The notes below the pieces were generated by a model. The model ran no database searches. It worked only from the letters and a program-made list of their open reading frames with translations, and was not told where the DNA came from. Of a stretch of 64,000 bases of DNA, positions 35,020 to 47,500 are shown piece by piece. Each line of letters begins with the position of its first letter. Position 1 is the first letter of the stretch. Where the stretch lies: assembly GCA_013265495.1 (NCBI GenBank), contig MU060887.1, positions 124,001 to 188,000 of the forward strand, read 5' to 3'. Made by a program: the position numbers and the translations under genes. Origin of the DNA: Vicugna vicugna. Taxonomy: Eukaryota.

Positions 35020-36340
35020 CATGTGTGTCTGGCTAGCTGTGGGTTTGTGTGTGGCTGGCCTGTTGGGGCGTGTGAGAGTGTGTGTGAGGCCTGTCTTCTC
35101 AGGGCATGTGTCTTTGTGTTGGCCCAACCCTAGAGGGGTGTGTAGGGCCTGTCTACTTTAGGGGGGTGGGCGGCGGGGAAGGTGTGTGTGTGTGTGTGTG
35201 TGTGGTCTATGGAATAAGTTGCATGTGGCTGGCCTATATGCATACATGTAGGTTGTTTTGGAGTTCACGTGGCTAACCTATTTGTGTCTGGTGTGTCTGT
35301 GTGTGTGTGTGAGGTACATGGCTTGCCTGTGTGAGGTCTGTGTGTGTGTGAGGTCTGTAGCTGGTGTGTGTCTGTGTCTGTGGCTGGTCTATGTGTGTGT
35401 GTCTATGTGGGCTCTGTGGCTGGTTGTGTGTGTGTGTGTTAGCCAACAGGTTCTGTCAGGGTGTCTCTTTGCCAGCGTGTTTATGAACGTCTGACTGTGG
35501 CCTGTCCCTGCTTCTTTATGCTGGGTGTGACTGTCTGGCCAGACCATGCCTGTGAATATGTCAGTCTGTCTGCTTACATCTGCCCAAACTGTCTGAGGGT
35601 CTGACGTGCGTGTTATCGGTGAGGGACGGTGTATCTGTAAGGCTGAGTCTTGGCATCTCTGAGTGTGGGTGGGGGCGGGGGGCTATCTGTCCTGCTGTGT
35701 ACATGTCCTTCCCATCCCTCTCTCCATAGGTTGATGTTTGTCTCTCTTGCCTCTGAGTATCTTTTTGAGTTGGTGATCTTGCTAGCGTGTGTGCATGTGT
35801 GTTGCTTTCTCTTGTTGCAGGATCTGATAGTGTCTGAACATCTCTCGTGCAGCTTTCGAGGCGCTTGTGCTAAAAGTGACTGTCCTTTCTCCCTGAGTCT
35901 ATCAACATACATGTGTCTTCCATTTGCATCTGACACATGGTTCTCGGTGTGTCCGTCCTGCCTGTGTCCTTCTGGCCTGTCACATTTGTCTCCAAGTGCC
36001 TGTGAGCGTGCCGCTGTCTGCCCGGCTATGTGCTTCTTGTCTGAATGTCAATGTCCTTCTGTTTGTCAGTGGGTCCATCCTGCCTGTATGCCGAGTTGAT
36101 TTATCTGTGCCACACACCCCCTGCCTTTATGCTTCTGGCTTGCTGGTGTCTTTGTGTATTTGGTAGCATGTCAGTCTTGCTCTTGAGACTGCCCTGTCAC
36201 TGTGTCTGTTTGACAGCTGTCTTGTCCAGATGTATGTCTGGTCCTGTCAGTGTGTCCCTGGTTGGCAGTCTCTTGGTGGCCAGGGTGACAGGGGTTGTGT
36301 GTGTGTGGACTGGCTCTCTCGGGGTGACTGTGTATTTGTA
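35020..36340 (+). repeat. Degenerate TG/TGTC-rich tract including a (GT)10 microsatellite near 35184-35203
   Basis: GTGTGTCTGTGTG words throughout. Confidence 0.65.
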
Positions 36341-36889
36341 CACTCCTTGCCACCCCCCCCAAGTCTGGCCACTCTGGGCCATGTTTACTCTGCCCCCAGC
36401 CGATTTCTGCCTGCCCTGCCCGGGGAGGGGCTGACCCTCCCGTCTGTCCAGCCAGCAGTCCACAGGATGTTCCCGAGACGCTGTCTCCGCCGACATCCCC
36501 TCCCTTCAGCCACCCTCGGGTCAGGACCCAGGCGTCCAGGGTGGCGGGGGTGGGGCTGCAGCAGAGGGGGGGGCCTGTGGTGTGGGGGGCTTGTCAGGTC
36601 CCCAGAATAGGGTGGGGGATGGGGAGGGCGACGGGTTCAACAGGTTCCGCCTCATTCCTACCCCGCCTCTCACTTCCTGGGTGTCTGCCCCGGGCAGGGG
36701 GTGGACGGGATGAACCCCATGGCCTCATAGCGCCTGGGTGGGGCATGGCCTGCCCCACAAGGACTCGCTTCTGCTGGGCACTCTGACACCCAGGCCTGAA
36801 AGACAGGAAGAGCCTGGGTCCTTCTGCTGGCCAAGCCCCTCCCTGCTTCTGTGCCCAGCTCTAGAAACAAAGCGTCCAATCTATTATTC

Positions 36890-37005
36890 ACTTAATCCCA
36901 CAAGGCCACAATAAGCTGGTCATAATTATCCCCCATTTTCAGATGGGGAAACTGAGGCCTAGAGAGCAATGAGGGCAGAGGCAGGATTTGAACCCAACTC
37001 CGCAT
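36890..37005. mobile_element. MIR SINE
   Basis: CCCCATTTTCAGATGGGGAAACTGAGGC..GCAGAGGCAGGATTTGAACCCA. Confidence 0.7.
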
Positions 37006-37399
37006 GCTACGCAAGACCCCCCCCAACCAAGGCAGCTCACCAACAGCCTTCCCTCCCCTCTCTAAAAATGGTACATATAGGGTGGAGTACCAACCCAGGC
37101 CCCACGAGGCCCGGCTCAAGGGGGCGCCTGGCTTGCTCTGAGTCAAAAGGGGCCCCTGGATGATTAAGAAAACGGCTTTAACCGTTTCATTGCCACGACA
37201 GGCTCTGCCAAAACTTCCTGTGGGCTGGCGGGGAGGGGCTGGGGGCTGGGTTCCCGGAGGTCTGGGGGGGTAGGCCCTGCCAATTCTGGGTGGGGGAACG
37301 CCGCTAGTGACCTTGGCAGGGGTTGGCTAAGGGAAGACACCAGACACGACCCTCGCTGGAGGGAGGGCCCCTCCCCGCGAAGCTTGAAGTCCCTACTAC

Positions 37400-38150
37400 T
37401 TGGTTCTCAGTTCCCACTGCCTGGAAGAGGGGTCTCAGAGTCCGCAGCCCCCTCCCCAGGGTCTTGAGTCACACGCGGGGAAAGCCTCGAGGGGTGAGTC
37501 ACGGGGTGGGGAAGGGGGAGAAAGGTCGGCTGCGGCCAGGGGACCCTCGGGCTATCCTGAGTCACGCAGCCCCTTCTCCAGAGACCGGGAGCGGGAAGCG
37601 CATTGTCGGGTGGACTATGGAGCTGGAGGAAGAGCGGTAAGGGGGAGGAAGCACGCGCCCGGGCCGCGCGGGAAGCTCCGGTTCCCATAGTAACTGGAGG
37701 GGTCTCTCAGCTCTCTGGCTGGGGTTCCTCCCTCGGCAGGGACGGTCCCTGCGCACTGGGGAAGCCCCCGCGCGCTCTGTCGAGGGGCCACAAGTTTCAG
37801 GTCGGGCAGGAAGGGGTTAACGGCAGCCTCCACCACCCTCCTCCAGGGTTTCACCCGCGCCCAAAGTCCCCGTGGGGGGTGGGGCCGTGTCCCGCGCGCG
37901 CCCAACCCCCGCGGCCGCCCACGCACGGACGCACGCACGCAATTAGCCCATCCCCCCGCGCTCGCAGGCATGACCGCGTCGGGCTCCACGAACGCAGCGA
38001 CCCCCGTCGTGCTTCACGTCACGCACGACGCACGCGCCCCCGCAGCGCGGGGCGGAGCCCTCTGCTCTGAGAGCGGCAGGACGCGGGGCAATTTACGACG
38101 CCCCCTGAGCACATCACCGCCTCCGTTGAGCACGCTGTCTCGTGTGACTT
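37400..38150. promoter_or_regulatory. CpG island without an assignable gene, between JUNB and HOOK2
   Basis: High CpG density, TCACGTCACG CRE-like, GGGGCGGAGC GC box; no credible CDS. Confidence 0.55.
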
Positions 38151-39020
38151 TGACACCTCCCCAAGGTCACAAACTCTCTGATCCACAGTGTCACGCGGAC
38201 ACAGGATACACCTGCCACACGTTGGCACAAACCTTCACTAGTCCAACCAACCCCCCAGCGAACGCGGGCAGGGTCATGCTGTCACACACGACACACAGGT
38301 ACATCTATCACATACCATTTCTGGTGGGGACACGGGGCCATCGTCATACACAGATAGGTGGCATATACAGACACTCCTATAAAGCCACAACATCAAGGTG
38401 CACACAGATAAAAGTAAGACACAAACAGATAAAAGTCTTGGACATCAGGACTCCAGCTATCACACAGCCACTCCTCTCACATGGAGATTGTAGAGGCACA
38501 GAGACACAGCAGGGAGATAGACACAGTGGTCATGCTGTCACAGGGACAAATAGGGCACGTGAAGTAAAGTAGGGTCACAGACACCACAAGTCCACACCCA
38601 GGGACACCAGATTGTCTTGGGAACATGGACAAACGAAGGGCACACATGACAGGGTCACACTTTCACAGAAAGATACATGATGGAGAGAAAGTAGGACACG
38701 GTCACATTGAAACACTACCTAAAGCCAGGTTGAGGTACTGACTGTCATACATTCACTTCTCACACAAACAATGACACAGGGAGAGAGACACAAAGCAAGG
38801 TCCCATAAAGAGAAGCATGTGCCCTAGGCCCTGACAGCACCCAAATCACCAAATCACAGACAGCCTGTTGCATAAATTCCCAGGGCCCCAAGACACACAA
38901 AGACACAGGTAGATGCAGACACACAGGCCTGTGCACACACAATCACAGACCCACCGTCTCACACCTACATAAATGTGAACACACTTTACATGGACTCAGA
39001 GACATACACACAGACATGGG
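38150..39020 (+). repeat. Degenerate CA/GACA-rich tract
   Basis: ACACAG/GACACA words. Confidence 0.55.
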
Positions 39021-41249
39021 GAGGGGGTCAGGATGAGAGTCCTGGCAGAATGTCAGTGTCTGGAGGGCACAGCCTGTCAGAGTTCCTCATGGCCTGGTGT
39101 CCTCCGTGAGGCTGTGGTCAGCCCTGGGGGGAGGGGCACTATCTCCCAATATGTGAACCCAGGGTCCCCATCCCAGCTCTCATGACTGGGTGTCTGTCCA
39201 GATGTGAAGGCCAGAGGGGGCGGGCGGGGGTCCAGCTGTAGCCACAGGGAGGGGCTGAGTCACTCGCTTCCCAGCAGTACAGCCCAGGCTGGGCCCAGCT
39301 GTTCCTGGAAACCAACAGGAGGGGGTGGGGTCCCCAAACCAGCTGGGGGCTGCTGGCCTAGACCCGCACTCTCTGTCCTTAATGGAGGCCCCCAGATCAT
39401 ACCCTAAGCTTTGGGGTTCCCTCCACGAAAAATGGGGTTTGAATCCTCCCCCTAAATAAAGGATCCCTGATTCAAAATGAGGGTTTGTGATACCTCTCAT
39501 TGTTGAAGACACAAGTATCGCCCAACAGTGGGGTTTCCGGAGTCCCATAATAGGGATTGCTGCTCTTCCCTGGCAACGTAGGGAGCCCCCTTCCCTGCAA
39601 AATCAGATTCCCTGCCACCCCAAATGGAGGTTTCTGGCTCCTCCCCCAAAGTGAGGGCACCCAGACCTTCCCTTAAATCTGGGGACTTTTGGGTCCTTGA
39701 ACATTAATAACACCTATAATATCAGGGTAACGTTAAGACAGTTCAACTCCATGCTCCAGATATTTTAGTTCCTCCTAAACATCAAGATCTCTGTGGGTTT
39801 TGCAAATATTGGGAACCCCACTCCAAATATTTGGCGGTCCCAGCATGTCCCCCAACATTGGGCAACTAGACCCTCTCAGAAATATTCCCAACCTCCCATC
39901 CTTGTAACAGCCTTAGTTCTGGCTCACCTTCCACTTCTACCTGGTGGCAGGGTGGCCCCAGTTCCCTCTATTGGCAGCACCCTCTCCTTGGTGGGTGAGG
40001 GAATAGGGGACCAGCGGCGGTTGTTCCCACGCCCGCCGGAAAGCAGTCCAGTCCGGAAGCCGGCACTACCGGCCCTTGTCCCCTTCCTCCCTACTCCCCC
40101 CTATTCTGCTCCCAGGGGATGGAGGCTGAAAACAACTCGGGAAGGGGATGTGGGTGTGTAGACGAGCCTCCAAGGCCCCTGCTGCGTGCGTGCGGTTTGC
40201 GCGTCTGAGTGGGCTGTAACCTGGTGTCTGGTGCTAGTGATTGTATTCCTGCGATGCAGCGGGATGTGCGGGGGTGGGGAGTGGTGGGAGCTGTTGTCAT
40301 CCAGCCCAACCCTCTCGGGGCAGGGTCGCCGGAGCCAGAGTCGGGGTTGGAGTGAGCAGCTCCTCTCCCCTCAGACCTAGACCCACCTCCAAAACAGAGC
40401 CCGCCCCTCCCCCTGGGTACAGCTAATAACCTCTAATTACTGCTCATTACCTCGCCCGTCCCGCGAGGGAGGGGCTGCCGGGGAACTCAGGCGTCAGAAG
40501 GCGCAGGCTGAGGCTTTACCCCCTCCCCTAAAGTGGGATCCACCCAGAACCTCTGTTTCCTCGCCCGCGAACCGGCAATAAAAAGAGCACTTCCCACCTA
40601 GAGTCGGGTAGATTTCAACCATCTATATATTTAAATTGCTTAGCGAAGAGACTGCATACTAGGCACTCTATAAATGGTGAGTGCGATTTTATTAACTAGT
40701 ATTGTTATCACTTTCTTTTACGCCCCCTCTGCTGCCCAGACAGGGTCTCAGAGTGGGCCCATCCTTTTCCCGGTAGGCTGCGTTCCTTCGGTCTGGGCGC
40801 CCCCTGGTGGGCCGTGGCGACCAGGGCGGCCTGGTTCTGGATTCTGAGGCAGGAGGAAACCGACGCAGGGCTCGGGGAGGGGAAAGTGCAGGGAAGGCTC
40901 AGTGGGAGACACATCCAGGCTATCCAAATTGTCTAATTACTCAGGACATATGTCTGGCTGACCCATCGTGCCCTCGTCTTAGAACCACACCCGTAATCTC
41001 CTTGTCCACTCTCGGGACAAGACTATCAAATCATCCACCAGGAAGACCCCTTTAGTATCCTCCGCCTCCAAGTCCATAGTGTATGTTATGGCCTGCTCCT
41101 CCCCCGTGCAGATAAAGGCTTCGATCATAATGTGGCTAGACAGCGGACTTTCTGCTGAAGGGAAGGGAAGAGAATGCGCCTGTATAATAGGGTGGAGCAT
41201 CTCCGCCTCAGATGGTGAGGAATAATGGTGAGGTCTCCGCTACCCTCAA

Positions 41250-41546
41250 AAGAGCCGGACAAGGAGGGGCGGCAGGGCCACCCTTGGAATGCGCAAGGCT
41301 GGCCCAGACTGACCCCTAGCGGCAGGGCCGGCGCCCAACTGCTTCCCGGATCCAAGATGGCGGGACTGAAGGCCTGAGCCGGCGCCAAGAGTAGATCACG
41401 TGCCCAGGGCGGGGCCTGCGCCTAGGGGGCGGGGCGGCGCTCTAGGCCGAGCGGGAGGTCGGGGCTGCGGGCGCTCGCTGGTGGCGGATCTGGACGCGGC
41501 TGCGGTGGCGAGGCTCCGCGGCCGTGGTCGAATCCGATCGGGAGCC
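41250..41546 (+). promoter_or_regulatory. HOOK2 CpG promoter
   Basis: AAGATGGCGG (YY1-type) near 41354, TCACGTG E-box near 41396, several GGGGCGGGG boxes before the ATG. Confidence 0.7.
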
Positions 41547-44500
41547 ATGAGCGTGGACAAGGCCGAGCTATGCGGGTCTCTGCTCACCTGGGTAGGTCAG
41601 GGGTGGGGCTAGGGACAGGTGTACGCCCTCTCTTCTCTCCCGGGAGCCCCGACCTTGGCTCTGTCCACCCCTCGGACCTGGGGCTGGGAGGAGGAAGGGG
41701 TCGTCGGCCTGCCAGGCTGTTGGACTCTGGCCTGAGCACCCGTCCTGTCACGTGGCAGATTTGCGTGGAAAGAACAGGTGAGGCCCCGCCCCTTCTAGGC
41801 TGGGTCAGGTGGGGAGAGTGCACAGGTGAGCTGACCAGGTCATGTGGTGCCTGTGGGGACCAGGTGACTCCTGGTTCTGCCCTGGCCTGGTCTCGCGGCG
41901 TTTGTTGAGCAGAGGTATAGTGAGGCCACGCCCCCTTGGGAGGTCCAGGTGAGCAGAGGCCACTCCCTCGCGGAGTTGGCTTGTTGGAGCAACAGACCAG
42001 CCTTCACCTAACCGCGTGAGGTTCCTGCTGACCGGAAAAGTCTGCAAAAAGGGGAGTGGTTCGGTGGTCCCAGGCTCTGATTACACCTGTTGCACTTTCC
42101 TTTCCCCCCCAGTTGCAGACGTTCCATGTCCCGTCCCCCTGTACCAGCCCCCAGGACCTGAGCAGTGGCCTCGCAGTGGCCTATGTGCTGAACCAGATGT
42201 GAGTGGGGTTGAGGGGGAGGGTCCAAAAAGGGTTCCCCAGCAGCTCATCCCACCTTCTCGCCCCCAGAGACCCTTCCTGGTTCAACGAGGCGTGGCTCCA
42301 GGGCATCTCAGACGACCCAGGTTCCAACTGGAGGCTGAAGGTGACAGGTGGACTCATGAATGGGGAGAGAGTGGTGATGAGATGATCAGGGAAGGGTCAG
42401 TTAGACCTGTTCTGGGTAATGGACAGACAGACCTGTGTCAGGAAAAGGGGCAGATGTCTGATGACCAGCCAACTATGTATTTGTTCCTTCATGTTTCTAT
42501 TAAGTAGGCCTGAGTTTGCAGCAAGGAATAACACAGACAAAAACCTGCATACAAAACATAAACATCGACTTCCAATGGCAATAAGTTCTATGAAGACAAT
42601 AAAATCTGGGCCATGAGAGAAAGCAACTGGGACTGGATGGGTGGTGACTCCAGATGGGCTGATCTCCATGTGAGATCTGGAGGAATGGTGTTCCAGACGC
42701 TGGGAACAGCAAATGCAAAGGCCCTGAGTTGGGAATAAGCTTCGTGTGATCGAGGAATGGAAGGGAGGTCTGAACAGAAAGCAAGGGGGCAGGAATAGTA
42801 GATGAGATCATCAGGGGCCTGGCAGGTTGGAGCAGGGAGGTAGATTCTATTTTAAGGGCTGTGTAAAGTCAAGGAAGGATTTTAGTAGAGGAAAGACGCA
42901 AACCTGGCTTGGGCTTTAAAAAGCTCCCCCTAGCTGCCTGGAGAGGAATGGAAGGTAGGCAGCAAGAGTGGAAACTGAGACAGGGCTGGTGCAATAATCC
43001 GGGTGAGAGATGATGATGGCTAGGGTCAAAGCGTAGTGGGGCAGGTAGTGAGACATGATTGGATTCTGGGGACACGTGATTGAGATAGGTGGACAAGAAG
43101 GGCAGGCAGCCAGATAGATCACCCCTAGGAAAGGGGACATTCAGACAGAGAACGGGGCCAAACAGGATGAGATGACCAGAGATTGGGAGGTGAGGCAGAG
43201 GAAAGAGGTTGGGGTAGACACATTCAAGGTAGGGGCTGCCTGGCCTCTTCTGGGAGCCTTTGGGACCTGGACACAACTCCTTGCCCCTTCCCAGGTCAGC
43301 AATCTGAAGACAATCTTACAGAGCCTGGTAGAGTACTCCCAGGATGTGAGTAAATGTAAAGGGATTTAGGGGGTTGGGTTGGAAGGTAGGGGGTCCCTGA
43401 GCCCCTGATACCCCTTCCTTCCTCCATCCTCAGGTCCTGGGGCATCCCATTTTGGAGCAGCACCTTCCAGATGTGAGCCTCATTGGCGAGTTCTCAGACC
43501 CAGAAGAACTTGGCAAGCTGCTTCAACTGGTGTTGGGCTGTGCCATCAGTTGCGAGAAAAAGCAGGGTATGGAAGGTTAGGGGGTCCCCAGGGGAAGACC
43601 TGAGGAAATCATCTTGGTGCCCCCCACCCCTATCTCAGTCTCCCCCACCTTGATCCCCAGAGCACATCCAGAGAATCATGACACTAGAAGAATCAGTTCA
43701 GCATGTGGTGATGGAAGCCATCCAGGAGGTAGGTGGGAGGGCCCAACGTGGCAAGGAGCTTTAGGGGAGGGGACATCTCTAGGGCAGAGGCAGCCAAGCA
43801 CAGGCTCTGCCCTGGTAAGGTCTAGGCTCTGGAACTCAGCTGGCCAGATTTCCCTGTCTCATGTGTCTGCCAGCTCCTCCCAGCTCTAAGTCACAACCTA
43901 GCATGCCTAAAGGACCAGGCCTCCCTGGGTGCTGGACACTTGGGGCAGCCTCTGGGCTGAGGTTATTGGGGAGAACTGGCTTTGGGAATAAAAGGATGGA
44001 GAGGTTCTTAGGCTGGACCACAGAAGCCTTGGAGGCTACCTTCAGGGGACCTGCTCATCTTATTGTCTTCCTACCCACCTCTAGCTCATGACCAAAGACA
44101 CCTCTGACTCCCTGTCATCGGAGACATATGGGAACTTTGATAGTCAGGTAAGGGGTGGGATCTTGTTAAAAATCCAACTTATTACTAATTTTCAGAGTTG
44201 CCTGAGGAGAAGCTTGATTTTAAGCCTGTAAACCACTCCCATCCCCCAGGGTCCTTGCCTCTTCCCTTGCTGGGTTCCCAGGGTTCCGAATTGCCTTTCC
44301 TCCAGTCCCCTTGGGTCCCAGTCCTCTCTTCTTAGATCATGAGGGTATCTTGGCTCCCTTCTCTCTGCCCCTAGAGAACCCAGCCTCCCTTCCCCCAGGC
44401 TCCTCCCCCAGATCCCTGAGTTTCTTGCCTCTCCCCACCCTCACCCCTCCACTCCTCTGATCAGTCCCGCAGGTACTACTTCCTGAGTGAGGAGGCTGAC

Positions 44501-47500
44501 GAGGGGGATGAGCTGCGGCAGCGCTGTCTGGACCTGGAGCGGCAGGTGGGGCCAAGGTGGGGGTCCATCGGTGCTCCTGGACAGGCTCACCTGCAAAACC
44601 CACCTCCCAGCTCCAGCTCATCTGTATGCCCTGCCCACAGCTGGTACTCCTGTCAGAGGAGAAGCAGAGCCTGGCTCAGGAAAACGCGCTGCTGAGGGAG
44701 CGGGTGGGCCGGTCGGAGGGTGAGGGTGCCACTGGCCTCACCGCCAAGAAGCTGCTGTTGCTGCAGTCCCAGCTGGAGCAGCTGCAGGAGGAGAATTTCA
44801 GGTGTGGTCGGGGGGACAGGGCCAGCAGGCCAGGGGACTGGGGCAGACACAGCACCCTCATGTGACACTCCCCCCATCCCCCAGGCTGGAGAGCAGCAGG
44901 GAGGATGAGCGTCTGCACTGTGCCGAGCTGGAACGGGAGGTCACTGAGCTGCAGCAGCGGAACCAGGCGCTGACCAGCCTGGCCCAGGAGGCGCAGGCCC
45001 TGAAGGATGAAATGGATGAGCTTCGGTGAGTGGCAGGTCCTCACTGCACACTTCCATTGCCAGAGTGCTCCTCTGCTGCCACATTACCTCTGTAACCCCA
45101 AATTCCTCGTGGGCCCCCATAATGCCCCCTAGTCTCCATAGTACCCTCCTGAACCGCCCTTCACTATCCTGGAATTCACCATGTCCTGTGGACAAACACC
45201 AAACTCCCTGGATCCATGGTGGTGCCCTTGGGGAACCCACGGTGTCCCCCTGTTATCCCACATACCATATAGCATTCCTGTGATGCCAGCATGCCCAGCC
45301 CCCTTTCCATAATGCTCCCCAGACCTCACTGCAACATTCTGGGTCCCATCATGCCCCAGGATCCCATGGTGCCTTCCAGAATCCCACAATGCAATAACCT
45401 TGATCCCTTGACTCCTTTGTCCCCCTGTCACACGACTATCTTACAACTCCACAGCATCCCTGCAACCCCAAAGTGCTTGGTAGGCTCCCGTAGCATCAAC
45501 TCTCAACCTCACTGTGCCTTCTGTAGCCTCAAAGCTCCCCTGTGACCCCACAGCACCCCTGTTATGTTAAAGTGCCTAGTGAGCCCCTGCTATACCTTCA
45601 AAAACCCCATAGTGCTCTGCCCCAAATCCCCCCATTACCCCCCCATGATCCCTGCACCCACAATGCTCTTGTTGGTCCCACAGCCACCTCATGACCTGGA
45701 AGTGTCCATGGGGGCTCCTCAGACCCTCTGGGCCCCATCATTTCCCCCTGTAACCCCACAATCATTTTGTGTCCCCACAATCCCTGAGGATCGCTGATTT
45801 TGACCCTGGACTAACCATTGATGCTTAGGGGTCCCTTTATGCTCACTAATGATCCCCCAACACCACCAGGCCCCGCTGATCCCTGACCCTTATCATCTTG
45901 AACCCAAACTCTCCAAGGCTGATATGACACCTTCCCCTTCCCTGAGGACCTCACAACCAAGCTGAACCCTTGACCGCAGACCCCCGCCTCCTCTTCCCAC
46001 TCGCCCCGCCCCCGTCCCCAGGCAGTCCTCAGAGCGTGCTGGGCAGCTGGAGGCTACACTGAGCAGCTGCCGGCGCCGCCTGGGCGAGCTGCGGGAGTTG
46101 CGGCGGCAGGTGCGGCAGCTGGAGGAGCGCAACGCTGGCCACGCCGAGCGCACGCGGCAGCTGGAGGATGAGCTGCGCCGGGCCGGCTCCCTGCGCGCCC
46201 AGCTAGAGGCTCAGCGGCGGCAGGTGCGAGAAGGGGCCTGGACCTGGACTGGGGTGGGGGCTCCTCCTGGCTCGTCCCGCTGACTTTGGCCCACCCTGGG
46301 CTGGGTGCTGAGCCCTTCCACCCAGAGCCCGCTCTTTTATATACAGGCCACACCCTCGAGGCCGGCCCGCTCCTCTCTAGGCCTTTAAGCCCCGCCCCCT
46401 CTCTTAAGCCCCTTCCTCCAAGTTCCTTGCAGCTGGTCCCTCTGGTCCCATCCTTTCACCTTGTACACCTGCCCCTCCTTCCCACCTTGCTGTCCTCTCC
46501 CCTCCCCTCTGTTCAGGTTCAGGAACTGCAGGGCCAGCGGCAGGAGGAGGCCATGAAAGCCGAGAAATGGCTATTCGAGTGCCGCAATCTGGAGGAAAAG
46601 TATGAGTCGGTGACGAAGGAGAAGGAGGTAAGGCTGAGGTCCCATCGTCCAAGTTCCACCCTGCCCGTCATGGCATAGCCCATTCTACAGGAGGCCGATC
46701 CTGCCTTAAGTGGCCTGTTGCACCCTGTCTCTCCAGAGGCTGTTGGCAGAGCGGGACTCCCTGCGGGAGGCCAATGAGGAGCTGCGCTGCGCCCAGATGC
46801 AGCCTCGGGGGCTGACCCAGGCCGGTGAGTTGGAGACCCATCCCGGGGGCCTGAGAGCGGGGTAGCCTGGGGACTTAACTGGCCTCGTGTGCTGTTGAGA
46901 CAGACAGAAAAGGCAGTGTCCCAGGGTTTGTCTAGGCTGGGGGCAGAACTCGGCCACACTGGAGGGAGGTTAGCGTGGAGAGGTGACATGGGCTGACAGA
47001 AAGCAAGGGCTGTCCTTCAGGGTTCTGGGTGGGGCAGAGGCAAATTCAAGTCAAGCATCATGGCTCCCTGATGGCTGAAGTTGAACCCCCAAAGATGTTT
47101 CTTGAAAAGGGGACCCTAGGGATGGGGACAGAAACTGCAGCCCCCTGAAGACTTTTCTTAAATTCTCCAGACCCCTCACTGGACGCCACCTCACCAGCTG
47201 TGGAAAACTTAGCAGCCGAGATCCTACCTGCGGAGCTCAGGTATCCTGGGGTCACTCAGAGCTCTGGCCTCCCCCTGGCCTGCCAGTGCCCACCCTCAGC
47301 CCCGCCCCCAGTGCAGGTACTTACCACTAGCCAGGCCTGCTCGCCCTGGTTCCCAAGTCCTAAACAGGCTTCTAGGCTCACCCACTCCTCATTCTGCTGT
47401 TACATGGCCTGGGCTCTAGCCCTATTGGTGGCTCACCTCTCCAGGATCCATCCTTAGTACACAAATTAGGTCCAACCCATCTGTCTCCACTCCCCAGGCA

